Sequence record: SRR22947727_2045
Length of the DNA: 20,000 nucleotides
Strand: one strand, 5' to 3'
Below, one piece after another: positions 1 to 8,811 of this stretch (positions are counted from its first letter, which is position 1; each line of letters starts with the position of its first letter). Made by a program: the position numbers and the translations under genes. Below the pieces are notes generated by a model. The model saw only the letters and a program-made list of their open reading frames with translations, did not search any database and was not told the DNA's origin.

Positions 1-36
1 CGATACTGGTGCGGCAAGACTTCTGGACCTGCCGAC

Positions 37-2823
37 TCACCCTGATCCTTCCGTATTTCCCGCGTCTGCGGCGGATGGGTCATCGAGTTGGTAGGTCTTG
101 ATCGCTCGAGTGACGGTTCCTGGGTCGATGTCTCCCGAACGCGCGAGCATGGCGAGTGCTTGCACCGTGATCGATTCAGCGTCCACCAGGAAATGCCGGC
201 GCAGCGCGCCGCGCGTGTCCGACAGACCCCAACCGTCGGTACCCAGGGACACGAACGGCTGCGGAACCCATTCACGAATCTGGTCTTGCACCGCGCGCAT
301 CCAATCGGACACCGCAACCACTGGGCCTGGGCGGCCCTCCAGGCGTTGGGTGACGAAGGGCACCAGTGGCTCGTCCTCGGGGTTGAGCATGTTGTGGCGG
401 TCGGCGGCCAGGCCGTCGCGCCTGAGTTGATTCCAACTGGTCACCGACCAGACGTCCGCAACGACTCCCCAGTCCTGCGCCAGCAGCTCTTGGGCGCGCA
501 GCGCCCAGTTCACTCCGACGCCGCTGGCCAGCAGTTGCACGTGGGAACCGTCGCCGGACCCCTCGCTGATCAGGTGCATTCCCTTGATGATTCCCTTGAT
601 GTCGCAGTTGTCCGGCTCGGCCGGTTGCGGGTAGGGCTCGTTGTAGATCGTCAGGTAATAGAACACGTTGGGTGATTCCCCACGGTGCTCGTCGAGGAGA
701 TCGAACTCGCTGTATGTCGGATCGGGATCGGGGTCCCCGTACATGCGTTGCAGCCCGGACTTGACGATGTGCCCGAGCTCGTAGCCGAACGCTGGGTCGT
801 AGGCCACCACCGCGGGATTGGTGCTCGCGAGCAGTTGGCTGTGGCCGTCCTCGTGTTGGAGCCCCTCGCCGTTCAATGTGGTCCGACCGGCAGTCGCCCC
901 GAGGACGAAGCCGCGTGCCATTTGGTCCCCCGCCGCCCAGAAGCCGTCGCCGGTCCGCTGGAAACCGAACATGGAGTAGAAGATGTAGATCGGAATCATC
1001 GGCACGTCGTGGGTGGAGTAGGAGGTGCCGACGGCGGTGAAGGAGGCGACCGAACCCGCCTCGTTGATCCCTTCGTGCAGGATCTGTCCAGTCTCTGATT
1101 CCTTGTATGACAGCATCAGCTCTCTGTCGACCGATGTGTACTGCTGCCCGTTCGGTGAGTAGATCTTCAATGTGGGGAACAACGAGTCCATGCCGAAGGT
1201 GCGCGCCTCGTCGGGGATGATCGGGACGAAGTGTGCGCCCATGCCCTCGTCGCGGATCAGTTCCTTCAGAAGTCGAACGAACGCCATGGTTGTCGCCACC
1301 GGCTGCTTGCCCGATCCGCGTTGGACTACCTCGTACGTGGAGTCCGGTGGTTGAGGCAGCGGACGTGCGGTCGTTCGTCGACTCGGCAGGAAACCACCAA
1401 GGGTCGTGCGTCGGTCGAGCATGTACTGGATCGCGGGATTGTCCGGACCGGGGTTGTAGTACGGGGGCAGGTACTCGTCGAGCTGTGAGTCCGCGATGGG
1501 AATGTGCAGCCGATCGCGAAACTCCTTCAGATCCTCCACCGTCAGCTTCTTCATTTGGTGCGTGGAGTTTCTCGCTTCGAAGTGCGATCCCAGCGTCCAA
1601 CCCTTGATGGTCTTGGCCAAGATGACGGTGGGTTGACCCTTGACCTTCGTGGCGGCCTCGTATGCGGCATACATCTTGCGGTAGTCGTGCCCACCACGTT
1701 GCAAGGACCAGATCTGGTCATCGCTCCAGGTCTCCACGAGTTTCGCGGTTCGCGGATCGCGTCCGAAGAAGTGATCTCGAATGAAGGCTCCGTTCTCGGC
1801 CTTGTAGGTCTGGAAGTCGCCGTCGTGGGTGTTGTTCATCAAATTGACCAAGGCACCATCGCGGTCCGCCGCCAACAGTTGATCCCAGGCTCGTCCCCAG
1901 ACCACCTTGATCACGTTCCATCCGGCGCCGCGGAAAAGCGACTCGAGTTCTTGAATGATCTTGCCGTTGCCGCGAACGGGTCCATCGAGGCGCTGAAGAT
2001 TGCAGTTAACGACGAAGACGAGGTTGTCGAGCTCCTCCCGCGCCGCGAGGGACAGCGCGCCGACGGCGTCGACCTCGTCGGTTTCGCCGTCGCCGAGGAA
2101 GGCGTACACCTTCTGCTGCGACGTGTCGGCCAAGCCGCGGTTCTGCAGGTACTTGTTGAACCGTGCCTGGTAAATGGCGTTGAGGGGCCCCAGGCCCATC
2201 GAGACGGTCGGGAACTGCCAGAACGATGGCATGAGTCGCGGATGCGGATAGGAAGGAAGGCCACCACCGGGGTGGGAGAGTTCCTGACGGAAGCCATCCA
2301 TCTGGGACTCGGTGATCCGACCCTCGATGAAGGCTCGCGCGTACATGCCGGGGGACGCGTGGCCTTGGAAGAAGAGTTGGTCCGCGCCGCCGGGGTGGTC
2401 GGGGCCCTTAAAGAAGTGGTTGAAGCCGACCTCGTACAGCGTCGCCGAACTTGCGTACGTGGAGATGTGCCCTCCGACGGACACGCCGGGACGTTGCGCT
2501 CGGTGCACCATGATGGCGGCGTTCCACCGGATCATCCGGCGAATCTCCCGCTCCACGGCCTCATCCCCGGGGAACCAGGGCTCGCGTTCGGGGGAGATGG
2601 TGTTGATGTAGTCGGTGCTGCGCAGGCTCGGCACACCGACGTTGCGTTCTGCCGCTCGGCGCAACAGCGAGAGCATCATGTAGCGGGCGCGGTAGTTGCC
2701 CGAGGTGTCGACCAGTGCGTCGAGGGAGTCGATCCACTCGCGGGTCTCGTCCGGATCGACGTCCACGTACTGGGTCGGCAAGCCGCCCGCCAGGGGAGCG
2801 GAAGAGTCGCTCTCAGGGGCCAT
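37..2823 (-). CDS. aceE: Pyruvate dehydrogenase E1 component, homodimeric AceE type
   Basis: AceE motifs: [10 protein letters not shown], [33 protein letters not shown]...[11 protein letters not shown] (ThDP/Mg site), [27 protein letters not shown]. Start moved from 2937 to ATG 2823 (MAPESD), which follows a GAAAGAGGG SD-like run. Confidence 0.97.
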   Translation of the reverse strand: MAPESDSSAPLAGGLPTQYVDVDPDETREWIDSLDALVDTSGNYRARYMMLSLLRRAAERNVGVPSLRSTDYINTISPEREPWFPGDEAVEREIRRMIRWNAAIMVHRAQRPGVSVGGHISTYASSATLYEVGFNHFFKGPDHPGGADQLFFQGHASPGMYARAFIEGRITESQMDGFRQELSHPGGGLPSYPHPRLMPSFWQFPTVSMGLGPLNAIYQARFNKYLQNRGLADTSQQKVYAFLGDGETDEVDAVGALSLAAREELDNLVFVVNCNLQRLDGPVRGNGKIIQELESLFRGAGWNVIKVVWGRAWDQLLAADRDGALVNLMNNTHDGDFQTYKAENGAFIRDHFFGRDPRTAKLVETWSDDQIWSLQRGGHDYRKMYAAYEAATKVKGQPTVILAKTIKGWTLGSHFEARNSTHQMKKLTVEDLKEFRDRLHIPIADSQLDEYLPPYYNPGPDNPAIQYMLDRRTTLGGFLPSRRTTARPLPQPPDSTYEVVQRGSGKQPVATTMAFVRLLKELIRDEGMGAHFVPIIPDEARTFGMDSLFPTLKIYSPNGQQYTSVDRELMLSYKESETGQILHEGINEAGSVASFTAVGTSYSTHDVPMIPIYIFYSMFGFQRTGDGFWAAGDQMARGFVLGATAGRTTLNGEGLQHEDGHSQLLASTNPAVVAYDPAFGYELGHIVKSGLQRMYGDPDPDPTYSEFDLLDEHRGESPNVFYYLTIYNEPYPQPAEPDNCDIKGIIKGMHLISEGSGDGSHVQLLASGVGVNWALRAQELLAQDWGVVADVWSVTSWNQLRRDGLAADRHNMLNPEDEPLVPFVTQRLEGRPGPVVAVSDWMRAVQDQIREWVPQPFVSLGTDGWGLSDTRGALRRHFLVDAESITVQALAMLARSGDIDPGTVTRAIKTYQLDDPSAADAGNTEGSG

Positions 2824-3109
2824 TGGTGTTCGCACCCTCTTTCGTCTGACGCTCCCGAGGGGTCGCCCCGGGGCCGTGTCATCGGTGGTGAACTGTGTGT
2901 AGGAGCATTCTCGCGTATGGGCGTCGACAGTCGCCACGCGCCCTACCGGGGCGAGTCAAGAGGAAAAAGTGTGGCGCTGGCGGGGCAGTTGCGGGGAGTA
3001 TCGCGAACGAGTTGGCCGGAACTGCTTGCGTAGGGCGGGGACTTTCGGTGGACTAGGCACACTCGAGGCGACGCAAGGGGCGTCGTCGTGGCCGTTCAGG
3101 AGGAAACAC

Positions 3110-3544
3110 GTGAGCGCGGATGCCGGGTCGATCGACCTGGAAGAGGCACAGCGTCGTGCGTCTGCCCTGAATCTGGATGCGGGTATGACCGTCCAGGAAT
3201 TGAACTGGGACGAAGACGCCGACCCCGTCATCCGGTCGGGTATCGAGGAGATCATCGGTGGCGACCTGGTGGACGAGGACTTCGATGACGTTGTCGACGC
3301 GGTGGTGATGTGGTGGCGCGATGACGACGGAGATCTGGTGGACGGTCTCGTTGACGCCATCGGACCGCTCGCCGATCACGGAGTCATCTGGCTGATGACT
3401 CCCAAGCCGGGGCGTGAAGGTCACATCGAGTCCGAGGACATCGCTGACGCCGCTCCGACGGCGGGGCTGCAGCAAACGAGCACCATCAGCGCCGGCTCCT
3501 TTTGGCAGGGCACACGTTTGGTTGCTCCGCGTTCCAAGCGCTAA
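3110..3544 (+). CDS. DUF3052 family protein
   Basis: VQELNWDEDAD, WWRDDDGDLVDGLVDA, IWLMTPKPG and DIADAAPTAGL are typical of the actinobacterial DUF3052 gene divergent from aceE. In-frame GTG 3110 follows a strong CAGGAGGA RBS. Confidence 0.9.
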   Translation: MSADAGSIDLEEAQRRASALNLDAGMTVQELNWDEDADPVIRSGIEEIIGGDLVDEDFDDVVDAVVMWWRDDDGDLVDGLVDAIGPLADHGVIWLMTPKPGREGHIESEDIADAAPTAGLQQTSTISAGSFWQGTRLVAPRSKR

Positions 3545-3591
3545 CGTCCTTTTAGGTGTGCACGGGGCGCACCACGGCCCGGAGGAAGCCC

Positions 3592-4050
3592 ATGGCACTC
3601 GAGATTGGCACGACCGCCCCTGACTTCACGCTGCGCAATCAGTTCGGCCAGACAGTGTCGCTATCGGATTTTCGCGGCAAGAAGGTCGTGGTGATGTTCT
3701 ACCCGTTCGCCTTCACCAGCACCTGCACCGGTGAGATGTGTGCGATCAAGGATCGGATCGGTGATTTCGACAACGACGACACCGTGATGGTCAGTATCTC
3801 GTGTGATCCGACGGCCTCGTTGAAGGTGTTCGCCGAGACCGAAGGCCTCACCCACCAACTGCTGAGCGATTTCTGGCCGCACGGGGAAGTGTCCCGGGCA
3901 TACGAAGCCTTCTGGGAGAAGACCGGGTTCGCGACGCGGGCGACGTACGTCCTCGACCGCGACGGAGTCATCCGTTGGTCGGTGGTCAACGGTCCGGGTG
4001 AGGCGCGGGACGCCGATGATTATGCCAGCGCCCTGGCGGCGCTGGGCTGA
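3592..4050 (+). CDS. ahpE: Peroxiredoxin, AhpE-like (AhpC/TSA family)
   Basis: APDFTL...FYPFAFTSTC (PxxxTxxC peroxidatic motif), LLSDFWPHG (AhpE signature) and the catalytic Arg in RATY. ATG 3592 follows GGAGG. The position after DUF3052 is the usual one. Confidence 0.88.
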   Translation: MALEIGTTAPDFTLRNQFGQTVSLSDFRGKKVVVMFYPFAFTSTCTGEMCAIKDRIGDFDNDDTVMVSISCDPTASLKVFAETEGLTHQLLSDFWPHGEVSRAYEAFWEKTGFATRATYVLDRDGVIRWSVVNGPGEARDADDYASALAALG

Positions 4051-4118
4051 TCCGGCCCCGATGAGCGGGCTCGTCATCTCAAGATGCGCGATCACCGAAT
4101 TAACGGTGGACTTAGGCC

Positions 4119-4158
4119 ACTGCGGGTGCGGGGGGCCCGAGACCTGCGCACCCGCAGT
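4119..4158. terminator. GC-rich hairpin between convergent genes; probable bidirectional terminator
   Basis: Perfect 12-bp inverted repeat ACTGCGGGTGCG (4119-4130) / CGCACCCGCAGT (4147-4158). No U-tract, which is common in actinobacteria. Confidence 0.55.
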
Positions 4159-4227
4159 ACCCCTCACACCTCGTGCCGATTCCGTATTGGGCGCGTCTGT
4201 CCTCTCAGGATTCCTCCGCAGACCGGC

Positions 4228-5283
4228 TTACCGAGGTAGATGTCCGGCTTCTTCTTCGTCCACCTTCGCCTGATTGATCTGCTCCATGTGCGACACGATG
4301 CCGCCGATGAGTGCGATCTGTGCGGTTCGTTCGGCCTCCCGCACCGCTTGATGGGCGGCGGTCTTGCCGATGGTCCGCGTGGGGTCGTCGGTGGCCAGGT
4401 TCGCAGCGGTCGCGGCGATTAGGTCTGCCAGCGGCGACAACGCCGCCGGTGGAAGGGCACCGGAACCGTCCGTGTTGCTCGACGATGCGCGACGTAGATC
4501 CGATGCCAACGACAACGCGCGGGTGGACATGATCTGGCAGGCGTCGACTTCGGCTTGGACGGCGTGCAGGTCCGAGGTGGTCACCCGAATGCTCCAGCGG
4601 CGATTCATCTTGAGGTCTTCCAGGCCGGCGGCTAAACCGAGAACCTGATTGCGCAAATCGACGGCTTCGTCGAACCAGGCCCGCACGGCTTCCGGACCGG
4701 GATCGGTGCGGAGTTCGACGGCGATGCGTTCCAAGAGTTGCCCGAGGCGCTCTTGCACGTCATCGGCCTTGTCTTCCAAATTGCGAGTGGCCTTTGTCGG
4801 AGACGCAACGTAGCTGGCGAGGACCGCAAAGATGGCGCCGATCACGATTCCCGCGAATCGCTCGACGGCGAGTTCGGTGGTCAGGTTTGTTCCGATGACC
4901 AAGATCACGGTGACGGCAAGAGCGGTCGCCACCAGCGGGGATTCGTCAGGACTCGCGACGTGCAAGAGTCGTGCGACAACAAAGCACAAGGCGACCAACA
5001 AGAGGATCGTCACCGCCCCGCTCCCGACAACCGACACGATCCCCAACGCGACGGCGGCACCGACGAGGGCTCCGGTGACCTGGATGAACGCACCCTTGGT
5101 TGCCTGATGGAAGCTCGCCTGGGTGGCGATCACCGCGGTGATCGCCGCAGGAACAGCGCTGGCCAAGGGAAGTGCCTGCGCGACGATGTACGCCAGGAAG
5201 GCAGCGAGCGATGTGGCCGCCGCGATCCGGGTATACGAACGATCGATCCGCGCCGCTCGCTTGCGTAGCCGTTCGCCTCTCAC
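4228..5283 (-). CDS. FUSC / aromatic acid exporter (ArAE)-like membrane protein
   Basis: About 6 N-terminal hydrophobic segments (AAITAVIATQ, GALVGAAVA, AVERFAGIVIG) followed by a soluble helical C-terminal half. The GTG start overlaps the upstream TGA stop (GTGA, 5280-5283). Confidence 0.7.
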   Translation of the reverse strand: MRGERLRKRAARIDRSYTRIAAATSLAAFLAYIVAQALPLASAVPAAITAVIATQASFHQATKGAFIQVTGALVGAAVALGIVSVVGSGAVTILLLVALCFVVARLLHVASPDESPLVATALAVTVILVIGTNLTTELAVERFAGIVIGAIFAVLASYVASPTKATRNLEDKADDVQERLGQLLERIAVELRTDPGPEAVRAWFDEAVDLRNQVLGLAAGLEDLKMNRRWSIRVTTSDLHAVQAEVDACQIMSTRALSLASDLRRASSSNTDGSGALPPAALSPLADLIAATAANLATDDPTRTIGKTAAHQAVREAERTAQIALIGGIVSHMEQINQAKVDEEEAGHLPR

Positions 5284-5921
5284 AAAGAAAGTATGGACCC
5301 GGAGGAGTTATTCAAGGTCATCGTCTCTGCCTCGTCGGGGTCGTGGGTGACGTGCACGGCGGGAATGCCGGTGCGGCGAACCAGGGCGAGGACGTCGGCG
5401 GCCAGGCGTGATCGCAGTGGCGCGTCCAAGGCACTGAACGGTTCGTCCAGACACACAACAGCGGGGTCGGACGCGAGTGCACGGGCGAGCGACACCCGTT
5501 GCGCCTGGCCACCGCTGAGTTGATCAATGTTCCGGTCGCCGAGGCCCGCGAGATCCACCCAACTCAAGAGCTCATCTGCTGTGCTCCGGGCTTCACTCGC
5601 CGACGCGCCGGATCGACGCGGACCGTACGCGACGTTGTCACGCACCGTCATCGTCGGAAACAGTAAGGGCTCTTGAAACACCATGGCCACTTTGCGGGCG
5701 TGTGTGGGAATCTGCGTTACATCGACCCCGTCAATGAGAACGCGACCCGAGCGAGCGGGGATCACGCCCGCGATCGTGGACAGCAGCGTCGACTTGCCGC
5801 AGCCACTCGGCCCGACGACGGCCAGCACACTCCCAGGCGGCACCGTGAAGGTCACGGGTTCTCCCAACGCGGATTCGTATCCGATGGTGAGGTTCTCGCA
5901 CGTCAGAGTGTGACCGTTCAT
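5280..5921 (-). CDS. thiQ: ABC transporter ATP-binding protein, ThiQ-like
   Basis: Walker A GPSGCGKST, Q-loop MVFQ, LSGGQ signature, Walker B VVCLDEPF, H-loop VTHD. ATGA overlap with the permease gene; lies in the TPP-riboswitch operon. Confidence 0.85.
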   Translation of the reverse strand: MNGHTLTCENLTIGYESALGEPVTFTVPPGSVLAVVGPSGCGKSTLLSTIAGVIPARSGRVLIDGVDVTQIPTHARKVAMVFQEPLLFPTMTVRDNVAYGPRRSGASASEARSTADELLSWVDLAGLGDRNIDQLSGGQAQRVSLARALASDPAVVCLDEPFSALDAPLRSRLAADVLALVRRTGIPAVHVTHDPDEAETMTLNNSSGSILSL

Positions 5922-7486
5922 GATCGTCGACCTCCTCGGTCGACGGCCGCGACAAGCGTTGTGGTCATGACGACGAGAACGACCGCCATAGCCGCCGCCA
6001 CCCCGAAGGATGCTTCACCGGGACGACCGAGAAGTCGCGCGATCACGAGGGGAACCGTAGGGCCGTCGGCTCGAGCGAGAAAAGAGGCAGCCCCGAACTC
6101 TCCGAGAGACACCGCGCAGGCGAGACCCCCGGCCGCGATCATCACTGTCCTCAGGGTCGGCCCGTAGCCGGTCCACCACGCTCGCGACGGCCGGGCGCCG
6201 AGGGTGGCGGCGACGGTCACGAGGCGGGCGTCGGTGGAACGCAGCGTCGGGGTGGCGACCGCCACGACGAGCGGAACGGCGATGAGAGCGTGGGCGATCG
6301 GGATCAACAGACCGGTGGCGCGAAGATCCACCGGGGGACGCCCGTAGGCCAGCATCGTGGCCAGGCCCAGCGTCGCGGCCGATATGCCCAGCGGCAGAGC
6401 CGTCGCAAGAGCGAAGGCCCGTCCGAGACGATGCGCCAGCACACTCATCGCGGCGAGGCCACCGACAGTGGCTGCAACGAGCCCGGTGACGAGTGCGAAC
6501 GATAGGGACCGCGCCATGGCGCTGAGCGGTGACCCGATCCGAGTGCTTCCAGCGTCGATCGTCTCAAAGCCGGCGAAGATCGCCCACCAACTCATCGTGA
6601 AGCCGGACGACGATCGCACCGACGACCACACCAGTGAGGACACGGGGGCGAGAACGATGACGACGGTCGCTGCGACAACGATGCCGACGGCCCATCGGGC
6701 CGATCCGAGTGGACGCCGCAGGCGGAAGGTGCGCAGCGCACCCCTGGGGATCGCGTTGCGCGTTCGAGCGGCCCACCACAACACCGTGCCGACAACGATC
6801 GCCTGGATGGCGGCGCTGACCGCGGCGGCCTGGAAATTCAAAAGGATGGAGGTTTGTCGAAGCACCAGCGACTCAAGGGTGCGCGTGTTGGAGTCTCCGA
6901 GCAGTAGCACGATGCCCAGCGAGGTGAAAGAGAAGACGAACACGATCACTGCGGCCGAAGCGATGGCAGGACCGAGGGCAGGCAGTGTCACGGTGCGAAA
7001 CGCTGTCCACCGTGATGCGCCCAGAGTCCTCGCGGCGATATCGAGTCGAGGATCGATGGTGGACCAGCGGGCACCCACGATCCGCACCACCACCGCCATA
7101 TTCAGGTACGCGTGCGCGAGCACGACGATGAGGAAACCCGAACCGAGATCGGAGCCGACCAGCGATCGAAACGCCAACGCGACCACCACGGTGGGAAGGA
7201 CGAACGGCACGGTGGCCAGAGCCAGAGCCCATCGACGTCCCGGGAAGCGGTACCGGGTCAGCACGTTGGCCATGGGCAGTCCGACGACTAGCGAAACAGC
7301 GGTGCTCGCCAGTGCTTGCACCGTCGCCAGTCCAGCTACTCGCCACGGAAGCGAGTCCGATACGTACTCGATCGTCCCCGGCGAGAGGACTTGCCCAGCC
7401 AACGAGACCAGCGGCACCACCATGAACGCGAGCAGGAAGCCGGCGGGCGCGATCCATGCCCACCGCAACCAGGTCGGTGCTGTCAT
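5918..7486 (-). CDS. thiP: Thiamine ABC transporter permease (ThiP/FbpB-type, two fused BPD_transp_1 domains)
   Basis: About 12 TM segments with two EAA-like loops (AARTLGASRW, AATLGARPSR), TVPFVLPTVV and SLGEFGA. Located between thiB and the ATPase gene. Confidence 0.88.
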   Translation of the reverse strand: MTAPTWLRWAWIAPAGFLLAFMVVPLVSLAGQVLSPGTIEYVSDSLPWRVAGLATVQALASTAVSLVVGLPMANVLTRYRFPGRRWALALATVPFVLPTVVVALAFRSLVGSDLGSGFLIVVLAHAYLNMAVVVRIVGARWSTIDPRLDIAARTLGASRWTAFRTVTLPALGPAIASAAVIVFVFSFTSLGIVLLLGDSNTRTLESLVLRQTSILLNFQAAAVSAAIQAIVVGTVLWWAARTRNAIPRGALRTFRLRRPLGSARWAVGIVVAATVVIVLAPVSSLVWSSVRSSSGFTMSWWAIFAGFETIDAGSTRIGSPLSAMARSLSFALVTGLVAATVGGLAAMSVLAHRLGRAFALATALPLGISAATLGLATMLAYGRPPVDLRATGLLIPIAHALIAVPLVVAVATPTLRSTDARLVTVAATLGARPSRAWWTGYGPTLRTVMIAAGGLACAVSLGEFGAASFLARADGPTVPLVIARLLGRPGEASFGVAAAMAVVLVVMTTTLVAAVDRGGRRS

Positions 7487-7522
7487 CGTGTTCTGCGCTC
7501 GAGAACGTGTGCGTGAGGAGCG

Positions 7523-8608
7523 CTAGCGGCCCATCACGGCACCCCACTCGGAGAGAATCTCGTCGATGTTGTCCGCGATGTACTCCGAGGACAACTCCTC
7601 GGCGTCAGGCACCTGCGGCGCGAAGCGTTCGAACACCTCAGGCAAGGCCGTACCGTCCCGGGCCGGGAAGACGAACATGTTCAGCGGAATGTCCGCTTGC
7701 ACGCCCGGGGAGAGCAGCCAGTCGATGACCAGCGTGGCGGCCTCCGGCTGGTCGGTCCCGGCGAGGATCCCGGCGTACTCCACTTGCCGGTAACAGCCAT
7801 CGGTCATCACCGATGTGGAGGGCACCTCGGGCGGCTCACCCTCGGCGTAGACGATCTCGGCCGGCGGGCTGGTGGCGTACGAGACGACGATGGGACGCTC
7901 GCCACCACCGCCGAAGGTGAAGTCGCCGTAGTAAGCATCGCTCCACGAGCCGGCGACCTTCACTCCGTTCTCGCGTAGCCGTTGCCAGTAGTCGACCCAA
8001 CCGTCTCCGTATCGGGACACGGTGGACAGGGCGAAAGCGAGGCCCGGGGACGACGTGCCGGGGTCTTGGACCACGAGCAAGTTGCGGTACTGCGGGTCGG
8101 CGAGATCGTCGAGGGTGGTCGGGGGAGCGATGCCCTCGGCGGCGAAGTAGGTGTCGTCGATGTTGATGCACACATCGCCGAAGTCGATCGGCGTCACTCG
8201 ACCATCGAAGGACCGTTCGGCGAGCTCGGGGCGCAGCGCCTGCGCCTCGGTCGAGGTGTAGGCCTCGAAGACGTCCGCGTCCAAGGCCCGCGTCACGAGG
8301 GTGTTGTCCACCCCGAAGATGACGTCGGCCGTGGGTGCTCCGGCGGCCAGGATGGCTCCAGCCACCATCGATCCCGCGTCACCGCCGGACACCAGCTCCA
8401 GGGTGACTCCCGTGGATGCCTCGAAGTCAGCGATGACGTCGTCGCTGAGCGCGAACGAGTCGTGGGTGAGTAGTTGAACGGTTTGACCGGCGAGGTCCGC
8501 TGTGCTTGCGGCCTCGGGTTCGGCATCGGATGCCCCGGAATTGCAGGCGGCGAGTACGAGCACGGACGTCAGGCATCCGGTGCCGAGAACTGCGGGAATG
8601 CGCTTCAT
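7523..8608 (-). CDS. thiB: Thiamine ABC transporter substrate-binding lipoprotein (ThiB/TbpA)
   Basis: Lipobox LAAC (Cys22). TbpA motifs THDSF, ADVIFGVDN, TSSPG, WSDAY, SYATSP, QVEYAG. Directly downstream of the TPP aptamer, with a GGGAGG SD. Confidence 0.92.
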   Translation of the reverse strand: MKRIPAVLGTGCLTSVLVLAACNSGASDAEPEAASTADLAGQTVQLLTHDSFALSDDVIADFEASTGVTLELVSGGDAGSMVAGAILAAGAPTADVIFGVDNTLVTRALDADVFEAYTSTEAQALRPELAERSFDGRVTPIDFGDVCINIDDTYFAAEGIAPPTTLDDLADPQYRNLLVVQDPGTSSPGLAFALSTVSRYGDGWVDYWQRLRENGVKVAGSWSDAYYGDFTFGGGGERPIVVSYATSPPAEIVYAEGEPPEVPSTSVMTDGCYRQVEYAGILAGTDQPEAATLVIDWLLSPGVQADIPLNMFVFPARDGTALPEVFERFAPQVPDAEELSSEYIADNIDEILSEWGAVMGR

Positions 8609-8610
8609 GT

Positions 8611-8710
8611 TTCCTCCCTAGCGCTGGCATTACCCAGATCAGGTTCAGCGGGTCGGCAGACGCGTCTGCCCTCTCAGCCCACCGCTATCGCGTGAGCTCC
8701 CCTTGGTTGT
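8611..8710 (-). promoter_or_regulatory. TPP (THI-box) riboswitch
   Basis: Minus strand reads GGGGAGCTCAC...GTGGGCTGAGAGGGCAGACGCGTCTGCCGACCCGCTGAACCTGATCTGGGTAATGCCAGCGCTAGGGAGG. This contains the canonical GCTGAGA, GACCC, GAACCTGA and TAATGCCAGCG..AGGGA elements, immediately before thiB. Confidence 0.95.
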
Positions 8711-8784
8711 GTTCAGTTATTGCCACTTCAGGTTGCTGGTGTGCCCTACATCAGACGGCCACGGGTGTTTTTGTGTCTGAACGC

Positions 8785-8790
8785 AGCATA
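8785..8790 (-). promoter_or_regulatory. Candidate -10 element (TATGCT) for the thi operon
   Basis: TANNNT hexamer on the minus strand about 75 nt upstream of the aptamer, in the intergenic gap. Confidence 0.4.
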
Positions 8791-8811
8791 CTCTGCCGAA
8801 CGGACCGTGCA

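Noticed and set aside
1504-3033. 509-aa plus-strand ORF (and 272-1600 minus alternative frame) overlapping aceE
   Set aside because: Antisense or off-frame shadow of a highly conserved gene, expected in high-GC DNA with biased codons; no motifs.
3998-4273. 91-aa ORF with HCGCGG in the ahpE-FUSC spacer
   Set aside because: It overlaps both flanking genes, the Cys codons come from the GC hairpin arm, and there is no RBS or -10 support.
5280-5340. ThiQ-like ATPase looks C-terminally short after the H-loop (possible pseudogene)
   Set aside because: All catalytic motifs are intact, short ThiQ-type ATPases without a regulatory domain are normal, and the stop is coupled to the next start.
6357-7526. 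389-aa plus-strand ORF opposite thiP
   Set aside because: Ala/Thr/Arg/Ser-rich mirror of a hydrophobic membrane gene; no RBS or domain.
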